Of a DNA stretch of 64,000 nt, positions 17,255 to 26,997 are shown in pieces. The DNA lies in NCBI GenBank assembly GCA_049513455.1, contig JBEKWB010000015.1, positions 4,029 through 68,028 of the forward strand, read 5' to 3'. Origin of the DNA: Acidimicrobiales bacterium. GTDB lineage: Bacteria > Actinomycetota > Acidimicrobiia > Acidimicrobiales > RAAP-2. Every line of letters starts with the position of its first letter. Position 1 is the first letter of the stretch. The position numbers were made by a program, and so were the translations under genes. The notes under the pieces are model-generated. The model saw only the letters and a program-made list of their open reading frames with translations, searched no databases and had not been told where the DNA came from.

Positions 17255-18832
17255 GTGCTCGAGCCAGCCCCAGGGCGCATGACGGTATGGGATCTCGTGG
17301 AGCAGCGGGCCGAGCGGACACCCGACCGCATCTTCATGATCGATGATCGTGGCCGCAGGGTGACGTTTGCTGAGTTTCACGCCTGGTCGGCGCGCGTGGC
17401 TGCCGGGTTGTCTGCCCTGCGGATCGGCGTGGACTCGGTGGTGGCCTGGCAGATCCCCACCTGGATCGAATCGCTCGTCCTCACGTCAGCACTGAGCCGT
17501 CTGGAGGCGGTGCAGGTGCCACTCCTTCCGATCTACCGCGAACGTGAGATGCGCTACATCTTCGACTCGACGCACGCCGAGTGGTACATCGCCCCCGCAG
17601 AGTGGCGCGGCCTGAGTTTTCGCGACCTCTTCGCAAGATCGGTCGACGAAGGAACGGCACTGCAGCGATTGTGGTTGGGTGAGGACCGAAGTCTGCCCGA
17701 GACGGATGCATCGTCGATCGCGCCTTGGCCGTCGGGCGTCAAGGACGGCAACGCGGTCAAATGGATTTACCACACCTCAGGGACCTCATCGGCGCCCAAG
17801 GGGGCCCGCCACACCGACGCCTCGGTCATGGCCTCGTCGTGGGGTTGGGTCTGTTCCGGACTCGTGCGCGCTGACGACGTCACTGCCCTGGTGTTCCCGG
17901 TGACCCACATCGGCGGGGCCAATCTGCTGCAGTCCTCACTTATCACCGGTTGCGCCATGGTGGTGGTGGAGCAGTTCGGTCCCGAGGCCATCGAGGTCCT
18001 CCGTCTCGGCGGGGTCACGCTACCCGGGGCCGGCCAGGTGTTCTTCCTGGCGTACCTCGAAGAGCAGAGGCGGCGCAACGACGGCCTTTTGTTTCCGCAG
18101 GCGCGAGCTTTTGCCACCGGCGGCGCGGCAAAGAGCCCTGAGCTCCACTACATCCTCAAGCGCGAAATGGGCGCCGGATTCCTGACGTCATACGGCATGA
18201 CGGAGTGCCCGCTGGCCGTCACCTGCCCGACAGACGCTCCGGACGAGAAGATCGCCCGCACCGAAGGTCGGCCCAACATCGGGATAGAGCTCAAGGTGGT
18301 TGATGACACCGGCGCTGAAGTGCCGGCCGGGACGGCCGGAGAGATCTGCGTGAAGGGAGAACAGCTATTCGTAGGCTACGTCGACGAGGCGCTCAACCAA
18401 GAGGCGTTCGACGACCAGGGGTACCTGCGCACCGGGGACTTGGGGATCCTCGACGAGGATGGGTATCTCGCCATTGTGGGCCGGATCAAGGACGTGATCA
18501 TTCGCAAGGGCGAGAACATCAGCGCTCGCGAGATCGAGGACTTGTTGTTCTTGCACCCAGAGGTCCGGGAGGTAGCGGTCATCGGCGTTCCGGATCCCGA
18601 GGTTGGGGAGCGGTGCTGCGCCGTGGTGGTTCCGGAGACTTCCGATGCCGCCATCGACTTCGATGGGCTTGCTTCTTTTTTGCGTTCAGAAGGGTTGATG
18701 GTGCAGAAGATCCCCGAGTTGTGGCAGCAGATCGCCGATCTCCCGCGTAATGGCCAGGGAAAAGTGCTCAAGGCCGACTTACGGACGCGCTACGCCAACC
18801 TGGTCAAGGCATGGGCAGTGCGCGGATCTTGA
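17255..18832 (+). CDS. AMP-dependent acyl-CoA synthetase/ligase
   Basis: 525-aa ORF with YHTSGTSSAPKGARH (AMP motif I), SYGMTEC, YLRTGDLG and IIRKGENIS. Possible alternative start ATG 17279. Confidence 0.9.
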   Translation: MLEPAPGRMTVWDLVEQRAERTPDRIFMIDDRGRRVTFAEFHAWSARVAAGLSALRIGVDSVVAWQIPTWIESLVLTSALSRLEAVQVPLLPIYREREMRYIFDSTHAEWYIAPAEWRGLSFRDLFARSVDEGTALQRLWLGEDRSLPETDASSIAPWPSGVKDGNAVKWIYHTSGTSSAPKGARHTDASVMASSWGWVCSGLVRADDVTALVFPVTHIGGANLLQSSLITGCAMVVVEQFGPEAIEVLRLGGVTLPGAGQVFFLAYLEEQRRRNDGLLFPQARAFATGGAAKSPELHYILKREMGAGFLTSYGMTECPLAVTCPTDAPDEKIARTEGRPNIGIELKVVDDTGAEVPAGTAGEICVKGEQLFVGYVDEALNQEAFDDQGYLRTGDLGILDEDGYLAIVGRIKDVIIRKGENISAREIEDLLFLHPEVREVAVIGVPDPEVGERCCAVVVPETSDAAIDFDGLASFLRSEGLMVQKIPELWQQIADLPRNGQGKVLKADLRTRYANLVKAWAVRGS

Positions 18833-19871
18833 CCAATTGCTTCCCCAGGTTCTTGCCTTCGAACACGCGCCGCAATCCGGCGGGGGCTTGCTCGAGACCG
18901 TCGAGCACGTCGACGGCATGGGCCAGATCGCCGTCGGCCAGCCATTGCTGCAGCTTTGACAGAGCAAGCGGGAATTGCGACCGGTAGTCACCGACCACGA
19001 ACCCCTCAATTCGACCCCGCTTGATTGCCAGCTTCGCGATGTACTTCGGCCCAGGGGGGAGGTTGTCGTCGCCGGTGTAGCCGCTCGAGATGTCCCCGCT
19101 CTGCACGATGCGACCGTGCTGAGCGAGGTTCTCGAGAGCAGCGTCAAGGATCTCGCCGCCCACATTGTCGAAGAAAACATCGATGCCTCCCGGGGCGAGG
19201 TCAGCCAGTCGCGCCGCGACATTTTCGTTCTTGTAGTCGATGGTGAAGTCGAGCTTGGCCTCCTCCTTCAACCAGGCGCATTTTTCGGGACCCCCAGCGA
19301 TACCGATGACGGTTGCCCCGCAAATCCGGGCGATCTGCGCGGCCACGGACCCGGTGGCCCCGGCGGCGGCCGACACAGCAACCACCTCCCCGGGCTTTGG
19401 GGCGCCGATCTCGGTCATCCCGAAGTACGCCGTCAGCGCGGTCAGTCCGAGGACGCTGAGGGCGTCCACGGGTGACACACCTTTAGGGATTTTTCCGAAG
19501 CCGGCGGGGCGCGTACCGTCACTCACGGCGAAGTCCTGCCAACCGAACCACCCTTCGACGAGATCGCCCGGCGCATACTGATCGTGGCGGGACTCGACGA
19601 CCACGCCGGCCGCCGGTCCCCAGACGGCAGCACCGAGTGGAATCGAGCCGCCATAGGCTCCGCTCTCGTTCAGAAATGCCCTTTGAGCTGGATCAATGGA
19701 CAGAATAACATTCTGGACCAAGAAGGTACCGGGTGTCAGCGCCGGTACCGGTGCCGTGCGGAGCTCGAAGTTGCTGTCCTCGACCATACCTGCGGGTCGT
19801 GAAATGAGCACGATCTGTCGGTTGACGGAATCCACGCCGACCTCCCCCTCTTTGGCTCCGTGTTGCGTCAT
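18804..19871 (-). CDS. NADP-dependent oxidoreductase, MDR superfamily (enone/alkenal reductase-like, YncB/PTGR type)
   Basis: 355-aa ORF with VSAAAGATGSVAAQIARICGATVIGIAGGPEKC and FEGKNLGKQLVK at the C-terminus. The 3' end overlaps the convergent ligase gene by 29 nt. Confidence 0.85.
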   Translation of the reverse strand: MTQHGAKEGEVGVDSVNRQIVLISRPAGMVEDSNFELRTAPVPALTPGTFLVQNVILSIDPAQRAFLNESGAYGGSIPLGAAVWGPAAGVVVESRHDQYAPGDLVEGWFGWQDFAVSDGTRPAGFGKIPKGVSPVDALSVLGLTALTAYFGMTEIGAPKPGEVVAVSAAAGATGSVAAQIARICGATVIGIAGGPEKCAWLKEEAKLDFTIDYKNENVAARLADLAPGGIDVFFDNVGGEILDAALENLAQHGRIVQSGDISSGYTGDDNLPPGPKYIAKLAIKRGRIEGFVVGDYRSQFPLALSKLQQWLADGDLAHAVDVLDGLEQAPAGLRRVFEGKNLGKQLVKIRALPMP

Positions 19872-21004
19872 GACTTCTGGGGCTCTCGGGGCAGACCGAG
19901 CGCAGCCTCACCAAGGATGTTCCGCTGGATCTCCGAGGTCCCGCCGGCGATGGAGCTCTGGCGGTACCAAAGAGTCGGCGTCCAGTCTTCGGCGTCCCCT
20001 GCGATCGCCCGCACCCCCTTGAGGGCCATGGCCGTATTGTGCAGGCGTTGGGCATAGTTGGCAAAGAAGAGCTTTGTGAGCGAAGCCTCGGGACCCAGCT
20101 CTGCTCCACTCGCCAGCTTGGACAGGGTTCTCAGATTGAGCAGGCCAAAGATCCTGTCTTGAATCACGCACTGGACGAGCTGATCGCGGACCTCGGGGCG
20201 CGAAGTCTCCAGTCCCTCCTTACGAGCGTGCTCGAGCATTCGCTCAAGATGTTGGCTCAGAACGATCTGCTCCTTCATCGGATACGACAGACCACGTTCA
20301 TTCGAGAGCGTGGTCTGGAGTACGTGCCACCCTCGGCCGACCGGGCCGATGACCCGGCCGATGGGGATGCAGACGTCCTTCAGGAAGACCTCGCAGAACT
20401 CGGAGTCCCCGGTGAGCTGGCGGAGGGGCCGAACCTCGACGCCGGGAGCCGACATGTCGCAGATGAGGCACGCGGTTCCGCCGGATCCCTCGGCATCGTC
20501 GAGGCGCACGAACAAAAGACCGAACTGCGCCTCCGCCGCGTTACTCGACCAGACCTTCTGCCCGCTGACGACCCAGTGGTCCCCCTTGCGGCGCGCCCTG
20601 GTCGAGATCGATCGGAGGTCTGACCCGGCGTTCGGCTCGCTGAGCATCTGACACCAGATCTCGTCACCCGCGAGCATTAGGGGTAGGTACCGCCCCTTCT
20701 GTTCCGGGCTTCCGTGGGCCAGAATCGTCGTCCCGATCATGTTGACGCCAACCCGCCCTGCTATCTGGGGCACTTGGTGACGACCCATCTCCTCCACGTA
20801 GAGGGCGAACTCGGTGATCGAGCAGCCGCGTCCCCCGAACTCCACCGGCCAATGAGGGGCGACCCAGTTATGGCGGTGCAAGGTGCGCTGCCATTCGAGC
20901 TGTGCGGTAAAGGACTGCGCGGGCGAGGGTGGGTGCTGCGCAGTCAAGAAGGACCGTAACTCGTCACGAAAGGCCAGTTCAGACGGAGTGAAGGTGAAGT
21001 CCAT
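19868..21004 (-). CDS. acyl-CoA dehydrogenase
   Basis: 378-aa ORF with LSEPNAGSDLRSISTRA, WVVSGQKVWSSNA and IAGGTSEIQRNILGEAALGLPREP. ATGA overlap with the downstream gene. Confidence 0.9.
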   Translation of the reverse strand: MDFTFTPSELAFRDELRSFLTAQHPPSPAQSFTAQLEWQRTLHRHNWVAPHWPVEFGGRGCSITEFALYVEEMGRHQVPQIAGRVGVNMIGTTILAHGSPEQKGRYLPLMLAGDEIWCQMLSEPNAGSDLRSISTRARRKGDHWVVSGQKVWSSNAAEAQFGLLFVRLDDAEGSGGTACLICDMSAPGVEVRPLRQLTGDSEFCEVFLKDVCIPIGRVIGPVGRGWHVLQTTLSNERGLSYPMKEQIVLSQHLERMLEHARKEGLETSRPEVRDQLVQCVIQDRIFGLLNLRTLSKLASGAELGPEASLTKLFFANYAQRLHNTAMALKGVRAIAGDAEDWTPTLWYRQSSIAGGTSEIQRNILGEAALGLPREPQKS

Positions 21005-21035
21005 GATGCCGGTTCAACCCCTCGGCGGAGCGGGT

Positions 21036-21818
21036 TCAGAGCTCCGGGAGCGAGTACCCGGCACGATCGGCGTCCCCAATGGCCGCCAGCGCTTCGAGAG
21101 CGAGTCCATATCCCTGATTGGCGACGATCATCTGCCGGATGGTGTGCTTCAGCGCCACCTTGGTGTAGCGCAGCACGAGTGGCGACTGTGTTGTCAGTTG
21201 GCGCGCCAGTTCCCAGGCCCGGGGGAGGAGGGCATCCGGTTCGAGTACTTCGTTCACCATGCCGATGGCAAGTGCCTCCTCGGCGGAGATCACCTGTCCC
21301 GTGAGCATGAAATAGCTCGCACGAACGGTGCCCATGACGAGGGGAAGCACAAGTTGCATGCCGTCGCCGGGAACGAGTCCGTTGACGAAATGGCCGGAGT
21401 CCTGAAACGAAGCACGAGTCGAAGCCAAGACGATGTCGCAGAGCAAGGGGGTCTCGCAGTGCCGTAGCGCAGGTCCGTTGATGGCGCTGATGATCGGGGC
21501 TTCCAGCGACAGGAGATTGTTGAGGAGTTTCCGGACGTTGAAGTGCCCACTGTCCCATCCGGCGGGCGTGCCTCCGGGGAACGTCTCGGGCGAGCCCTTG
21601 GGACCGTTGAACTCCTCCCCGGTGCCGGTGAGGATGACCACCTGGTTTTCCTTGTCCCGGCCCACCATCTCGAGGGCGTCCTGCAGCTCATCGACCGGCA
21701 GGGCGCCCCAGCGGAGGCTCCCTCCGTCGGTGTGCAGGGTCATCTGCAGAACGTTGTCCCGGCGCTCGAAGCGGACCGTCTCATAGCGGCCTTCGTAGTC
21801 AGCGATGTGGGTCTTCAT
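21036..21818 (-). CDS. enoyl-CoA hydratase/isomerase family protein
   Basis: In-frame ATG at 21818 (MKTHIADYEGRYETVRFERRDNVLQMTL..) makes an ATGA overlap with the stop of 21815-22609. Has ILTGTGEEF and AINGPAL. The 307-aa ORF-track version is an upstream extension. Confidence 0.8.
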   Translation of the reverse strand: MKTHIADYEGRYETVRFERRDNVLQMTLHTDGGSLRWGALPVDELQDALEMVGRDKENQVVILTGTGEEFNGPKGSPETFPGGTPAGWDSGHFNVRKLLNNLLSLEAPIISAINGPALRHCETPLLCDIVLASTRASFQDSGHFVNGLVPGDGMQLVLPLVMGTVRASYFMLTGQVISAEEALAIGMVNEVLEPDALLPRAWELARQLTTQSPLVLRYTKVALKHTIRQMIVANQGYGLALEALAAIGDADRAGYSLPEL

Positions 21819-22609
21819 CCAGGCTCCCCTGTTTTCGCGGGAGCTGCGCTGGAGTCTTCTCGGTTTTTCCATTTCTCGACGGCTTCGCGATATTCCGGAA
21901 GCCCGCGCGAGATCTCCTCGTACGCTAAGGCCACATCGAGGACCTGGCCCGCCATCCATCGTACATAGCGGTTCACCACCATTTTCGTGGCCCGAACGGC
22001 ATAGGTGGGTTGCGCTGCCAGCTCCTCGGCCAGCGCATACGTCGTAGACGAGAGCTCCGTCGCGGGCACCGAGCGGTTGATCATGCCCATTTCGGCGGCT
22101 TCTCTGCCGGACACTTTCCGGCCCGTCATGAGCAGCTCCTTCGCCCGGTGCGGTCCGACGACGAGTGGAAGCACGACGGCCACTCCGTCGCCGGCCGCCG
22201 CCCCGAGCTGTACGTGCGGGTCTCCCAACACGGCGTCATCGGCCGCGATGACGGCATCACACAGAAGGGCGATGGTGAGGCCCAAGCCCATGGCCGGCCC
22301 GTTGACCATGGCCACCATCGGCTTCTCGATCTCCAGCATCCGGTAGACCAAATGCCATCCCCGGCGATTCACCCGGTGGTCGGGGGCAGAACCGAACGAC
22401 TTGATATCCCCGCCTGCGGTGAACGCCCGACCCGCTCCGGTGATGACCATGGCTCGGGTACTCGGATCACGGTCGACTTCGACGAGTACGTCCATGAACT
22501 CCAAGAGTGCGGCAGGATCGAGGGCGTTCAGCCGGTCGGGTCGGTTGAACGTGATCGTCGCGACGTCGCGGGCCTGCCCGACGACGATCGCTTCCGGGCG
22601 GCTCTGCAT
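21815..22609 (-). CDS. enoyl-CoA hydratase/isomerase (crotonase) family, paralog of 13739-14527
   Basis: 264-aa ORF with ITFNRPDRLNAL, ITGAGRAFTAGGD and MVNGPAMGLG. Confidence 0.9.
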   Translation of the reverse strand: MQSRPEAIVVGQARDVATITFNRPDRLNALDPAALLEFMDVLVEVDRDPSTRAMVITGAGRAFTAGGDIKSFGSAPDHRVNRRGWHLVYRMLEIEKPMVAMVNGPAMGLGLTIALLCDAVIAADDAVLGDPHVQLGAAAGDGVAVVLPLVVGPHRAKELLMTGRKVSGREAAEMGMINRSVPATELSSTTYALAEELAAQPTYAVRATKMVVNRYVRWMAGQVLDVALAYEEISRGLPEYREAVEKWKNREDSSAAPAKTGEPG

Positions 22610-22718
22610 CAGCCAATACTAAAACAGAGTCAGGTAATTTGCGCAACAAGAAAACGGCGTCCACCAGATCCTGTCGCCGGTGCACAACCGAGCTGGGACT
22701 TCTCGCTGGGCGCGACCG

Positions 22719-23441
22719 TTATTGGTGTCGAATCACCATGGTGTAGAGGATGTCGGCGACACTGGCCTTCAGCGTCTCTATGTCAAGGCCCCAAGCCTCA
22801 TAGAGCCAGCGCCGCGAACTCACGTGCACCAGCGCGGCGGAGAGGCCGGCCGCCATAGCGCGTGGATCGACATCACTCGGTTGATGGCCTAGCGCCTTCT
22901 GGGAGGCGATGACGAAGCTCAGGGCCAGAACCGACTCGTTCAGGGTGTCGGAACGAATGCGGGCGAACCGCGTGTCGTGCTCGTCAATGGCGAGCTCGAC
23001 GACCCGCAGGACAGCCTCATTTCGTTCCCAAAACTCCACGAATCCGTCCACCACCCGCCTGGCGACCGCTTTGCCGTCGTTCTGCCAGTCGCCTGCCATG
23101 AGCTCGGTCAGATGGCGTGATTCCTCGACCATCCCATCGGCGAGGGCGAGAAGGGCGTCTTCGATTCCGGTGAAGTATTGGTAGAACGCGGCCGGCGTGA
23201 CGCCGACGCTCTCGGCAATGTCGACCACCTTCACATCGCGGAAGGACCGTTCCTGCAACTGCTTACGGAGGGCCTCGAGCATGCGCCGGCGGGTCTCGCG
23301 CCCTCGAACCCGGCGCGAGCTGTCCGGGACCTTGGACCGCCAGGCTGCCGGTTCTCCCTGGGTCTTCTTGCTCCGGCCACTGCGGACACCCGGAGGTGTC
23401 ACGCGTCCGGGAACAGGGCGAACGACGAGTACATGCGCCAA
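22719..23441 (-). CDS. TetR/AcrR family transcriptional regulator (N-terminal start uncertain)
   Basis: HTH VKVVDIAESVGVTPAAFYQYFTGIEDALLAL. There is a long basic N-terminal extension and the true start may lie downstream of 23441. Divergent from the ligase gene at 23589. Confidence 0.85.
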   Translation of the reverse strand: MAHVLVVRPVPGRVTPPGVRSGRSKKTQGEPAAWRSKVPDSSRRVRGRETRRRMLEALRKQLQERSFRDVKVVDIAESVGVTPAAFYQYFTGIEDALLALADGMVEESRHLTELMAGDWQNDGKAVARRVVDGFVEFWERNEAVLRVVELAIDEHDTRFARIRSDTLNESVLALSFVIASQKALGHQPSDVDPRAMAAGLSAALVHVSSRRWLYEAWGLDIETLKASVADILYTMVIRHQ

Positions 23442-23547
23442 AAGTTACCAGTTCGGACCGGATGGCCAGCGCAGCCGGTCGGGCTCGACGATGCGAGGTT
23501 ACGCTCATTAAGCTAAATAGGGGCCCGGTGCCCGTCGGGCCTGCGAG

Positions 23548-23572
23548 GGAACGGTTCCGGCTTTCCCGTTCC
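23548..23572. promoter_or_regulatory. 7-bp inverted repeat GGAACGG-N11-CCGTTCC just upstream of the RBS of the ligase gene
   Basis: Read directly. Preceded by a second GC hairpin GGCCCG-N8-CGGGCC at 23522-23541. Lies in the TetR/ligase divergent region, so it is a candidate local TetR operator or 5'-UTR structure. Confidence 0.3.
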
Positions 23573-23588
23573 GAAGGAGACCGGTTCT

Positions 23589-25226
23589 ATGGATGAGTCC
23601 ACTCAGTCGACGGGCGGCCGTTTCACGACTCGGATCGATCCGACGTGGGCGGCATGGTGGCGCCACATCGGCGCGTGGCGCGACGAACTCCTCGGAACCG
23701 TGTTCTCCGCGTACTGCAGAGATCACCGCACGCAGACCTTTGTCATCGACGGAGCGGTCAGGTTGACGTTCGGCCAGTTCGACAACGTGGTCAGCCGCCT
23801 TGCGTCAGGGCTCGGCGACCTAGGGATCGGCCTCGGTGACACCATTGCGTTCCAGTTGCCGAGCTGGTGGGAGGCCATTGCCATAAGCCACGCCGCCTTC
23901 CGATTGGGCGCCGTGGTTGCTCCGATCGGTCCGAACCTGCGGGCGCACGAGCTCCGCTACATCCTGGATGCCGCAACGCCGAAGGCGCTTTTTGTGCCGC
24001 ATCTCTTCCGGGGCGTCGATTGGAACGAGATCTTGCGCGACCTGGCCTTCTCGCCCGCACAGATCGTCGGAGTGCGGGGCTCGATCGGGAGCACGACGTT
24101 GGAATCCCTCATCTCGCGTGAAAGCGGTTTCGAAGAGTCTCGCTCCATCCGGCCCGTGGACCCGGCCCTGCTCTTGTTCACCTCGGGCAGCACGTCGGCA
24201 CCGAAGGGCGTCCTGCACGGCCACAACGACTTGCTGGCTGAGGCGCGCAGCCTGCGAGCCACGCACGACGTCGGAGCCGATGACGTGATGCTCATGCCCT
24301 ACCCGGTCACGCATATCGGCGGATTCGCATATGGGGTGCTCCTGCCGTTCGTCTCCTCCATGCGGGTCGTCCTGATGGACATCTGGGATGCTGGGGACGC
24401 GGTCCGGCTGATCGAACGTGAACAGGTGACTTTTCTCTCCGCGGTGCCCGGGGTGATCGACTCCATCGTGGCCGAGCCCGGGTTCGGACCGCAGGTCGCA
24501 CGCTCTGTCCGCTTGATCGCCATGGGCGGGACCAGGGTCACGGAGGAGAGCGTGCTCGATGCAGCCAGGGCCTTCGACTCCGTGTGCAAACGGGGCTACG
24601 GGCTCACCGAGATGCCGACGTTTACCAGTACCCCGGCTGACGCCGACGCCCGACGGTGGGCCACGAGCGACGGGACGCCTACAGGTCCCTCGGCCATAAG
24701 AATCGTCGACGACGAAGGCCGGGAGTTGCCGAACGGGATCTCAGGCGAGATTTTGGCCCAGGGACCCGAGTTGTTCCTGGGCTACCTCGATCCCTCGTTG
24801 AACGAGGAGGCGTTCACCCAAGACGGGTGGTTCAGGACCGGGGACCTCGGCGTCCTGGACGAGCGCGGCGCCGTCCACATTGACGGGCGCAAGAAGGACA
24901 TCATCATAAGGAACGGCGAGAACATCTCGGCGGCAGAAGTAGAAGAGCTCCTCTTGGCGCATCCGGCGGTGGTCGACGTCGCGGTGGTGGGAATTCGCGA
25001 TCCGGAGGTGGGGGAGCGGGCGTGCGCTGTCGTCGTCCCCGCTGCGTCGGGTTTTGCAATGGAGCAGATGGTCGAGATCCTGCGCACGTCAGGTTTGGCC
25101 AAATTCAAGTTCCCGGAGCGACTCGAACTCCGGGCTGTGCTCCCCATGACGGCGAACGGGAAGATACGCAAAGATGTGCTTCGCGACGAGCTCGAGACTC
25201 AGGAGGCACAGCGCCGGCGCCCATAA
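23589..25226 (+). CDS. AMP-dependent acyl-CoA synthetase/ligase
   Basis: 545-aa ORF with FTSGSTSAPKGVLH, GYGLTEM, WFRTGDLG and IIRNGENIS. RBS GAAGGAG at 23573-23579. Confidence 0.9.
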   Translation: MDESTQSTGGRFTTRIDPTWAAWWRHIGAWRDELLGTVFSAYCRDHRTQTFVIDGAVRLTFGQFDNVVSRLASGLGDLGIGLGDTIAFQLPSWWEAIAISHAAFRLGAVVAPIGPNLRAHELRYILDAATPKALFVPHLFRGVDWNEILRDLAFSPAQIVGVRGSIGSTTLESLISRESGFEESRSIRPVDPALLLFTSGSTSAPKGVLHGHNDLLAEARSLRATHDVGADDVMLMPYPVTHIGGFAYGVLLPFVSSMRVVLMDIWDAGDAVRLIEREQVTFLSAVPGVIDSIVAEPGFGPQVARSVRLIAMGGTRVTEESVLDAARAFDSVCKRGYGLTEMPTFTSTPADADARRWATSDGTPTGPSAIRIVDDEGRELPNGISGEILAQGPELFLGYLDPSLNEEAFTQDGWFRTGDLGVLDERGAVHIDGRKKDIIIRNGENISAAEVEELLLAHPAVVDVAVVGIRDPEVGERACAVVVPAASGFAMEQMVEILRTSGLAKFKFPERLELRAVLPMTANGKIRKDVLRDELETQEAQRRRP

Positions 25227-25266
25227 GTGAATTTATGTAAGTTACGGAGACGATGAAGGGGGTTAC

Positions 25267-26082
25267 ATGACTTCGACGGACGACAGCCCGATCCCGGATT
25301 ATCGGGGCAGGATCACGCTGCAGGGGAGGCCGTTCCTCGTCTTGGGGGCGGGCCAGGGTATAGGGCGGCAGACGTGCCATGCCCTTTCACAGGCCGGAGC
25401 TCGGCTCGTATGCGTCGACCGCGACGAGACCTTGGCCAAGGAGATCGCCGCCGAGGTCGATGGTGTGCCCGTCGTAGGCGACATCACCTCGCGCCAAGAC
25501 GTGGAGCGAGCGGTGGACACGACGGTGCGCGAACTGGGCAGCCTCTATGGCGTCGTCGATATCGTCGGCGTGTCGCACTTCGACAATCTCGTGGACATCA
25601 CCGATGAGGTGTGGGACAGCACTTTTTCCATCGTTTTGCGTCACGCCTTTCTGACCGCGCAGATCGCCGGGCGCCGCATGGCCGAAGCCGGAGCGGGAGT
25701 CATCGTGTTCGTGGCGTCCATCAGCGGGCTGACGAGCGCCCCGCAGCACGCGGCTTACGGTGCCGCCAAGGCCGGGCTGATGTCACTGGTCCGAACCGCC
25801 GCAGTCGAGCTCGGCCCGTCAGGTGTGAGGGTGAACGCCGTCGCGCCCGGCGGGGTCTTCACGCCGCGCTGGGGACCGCGATTCACCCCCGAGATCAGAA
25901 AAAAGACGGAGGCCGTGATCCCCTTGCGAAGGATGGCCGTACCGGACGATATCGCCAACGCGCTCCTGTTCTTTTCCAGTGACCTCTCGTCGTACATCAC
26001 CGGTCAGGTGTTGACCGTTGACGGAGGTGGCCACATCGGCTTCCCCTATGGTTCCCAAGAACAACATCTCGGATCGGAATGA
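25267..26082 (+). CDS. SDR family oxidoreductase
   Basis: 271-aa ORF with VLGAGQGIGRQ (Gly-rich loop), YGAAKAG (YxxxK) and VNAVAPG. Confidence 0.9.
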   Translation: MTSTDDSPIPDYRGRITLQGRPFLVLGAGQGIGRQTCHALSQAGARLVCVDRDETLAKEIAAEVDGVPVVGDITSRQDVERAVDTTVRELGSLYGVVDIVGVSHFDNLVDITDEVWDSTFSIVLRHAFLTAQIAGRRMAEAGAGVIVFVASISGLTSAPQHAAYGAAKAGLMSLVRTAAVELGPSGVRVNAVAPGGVFTPRWGPRFTPEIRKKTEAVIPLRRMAVPDDIANALLFFSSDLSSYITGQVLTVDGGGHIGFPYGSQEQHLGSE

Positions 26083-26100
26083 CGGTGAGGAGTCAAAGCC

Positions 26101-26982
26101 ATGCCTAATTCAATCGACCATGTGAGCCACGTCGTGTTCTGCGTGCGGCCGGAGCAGATGGACGAGGTCCGGCAATTCTGGAGTGCGCTCGACGTCGAGC
26201 TGGAGGAGTTCGTCCGTGAGGATTACGGACTGCGAATCCTCTACGGATGGAATACCGGAGTGGAGATCATCACATCGGTTGGCACCACCGGCGGGTTTGT
26301 CGAGGCGGTCTCGACGCACCTCGCGACGCACGGACCTGGTATCTATTCCGTGGTCTACGGAGTGGCCAGCCTGGCCAAGGCGGCAGAGCAGGTGCGGGCA
26401 GCGGGCGCCGACGTCGATATCTTTCCCGAATCGATGAACGGGAACGAGCCGTGGTTTCACCGCTACGAGTACCTGAGGGAGGGGTTGGTTCTGGGCCAGG
26501 ACACGCTCCGGCTCTCATTGGTCGAGAAGCGGCACGCCGATCACTCGGAGAATGAGTCTGGAGCCTTGAGCCACGTGATCTACACCCTCGACCCGAAGAG
26601 CCTCGCGCCGGCTCGGGCATTTTTGAAGTCGGCTCTCAATGTCGAATTCGAGGACGTCGACACCAAAAACCCCAACCTTGAGGTGTTGTACTCGCAAGAC
26701 GCCGGGCTCGAACTGCTCGGTCCCGCACCCGGTTCGGAAGGGTTCCTAGCCGACGGGCTGCGCCAGCAGGGCGAGGGTCCCTTGCTGGTTGCGTTCAAGG
26801 TGCCTGACATCGAGGTGGCGGCCGGCAAGGCCGAGGCCCACACGGGCGTGGGCCCGACCGCCTGCATCAGCTACACGGGGCTCCCCGGTTGGAGCGACAA
26901 GTACAAGGTACTCGAGGAGGTCATTTTGGAGCCGGTCTGCGGCCTACGGGTCGCCCTGGCACAGATCGACCTCGTTGAGTAG
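26101..26982 (+). CDS. putative VOC (glyoxalase/dioxygenase-fold) family protein
   Basis: 293-aa ORF. N-terminal IDHVSHVVFCV.. and an internal LSHVIYTL.. suggest two VOC-like modules. The coding call is solid; the family assignment is by eye only. Confidence 0.5.
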   Translation: MPNSIDHVSHVVFCVRPEQMDEVRQFWSALDVELEEFVREDYGLRILYGWNTGVEIITSVGTTGGFVEAVSTHLATHGPGIYSVVYGVASLAKAAEQVRAAGADVDIFPESMNGNEPWFHRYEYLREGLVLGQDTLRLSLVEKRHADHSENESGALSHVIYTLDPKSLAPARAFLKSALNVEFEDVDTKNPNLEVLYSQDAGLELLGPAPGSEGFLADGLRQQGEGPLLVAFKVPDIEVAAGKAEAHTGVGPTACISYTGLPGWSDKYKVLEEVILEPVCGLRVALAQIDLVE

Positions 26983-26997
26983 CGCTCGACCCACCGA

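Noticed and set aside
15763-17337. 524-aa minus-strand ORF
   Set aside because: Antisense to the amidohydrolase gene, which has clear family motifs. The product is Arg/Gly/Pro-rich with no motifs. GC-bias artefact.
18804-18832. Convergent 3'-end overlaps (18804-18832 and 46224-46264) as evidence of misannotation or antisense regulation
   Set aside because: Both partners have conserved C-termini right up to their stops. Short convergent overlaps are common in compact high-GC genomes. No further structure was seen, so this is not treated as a finding.
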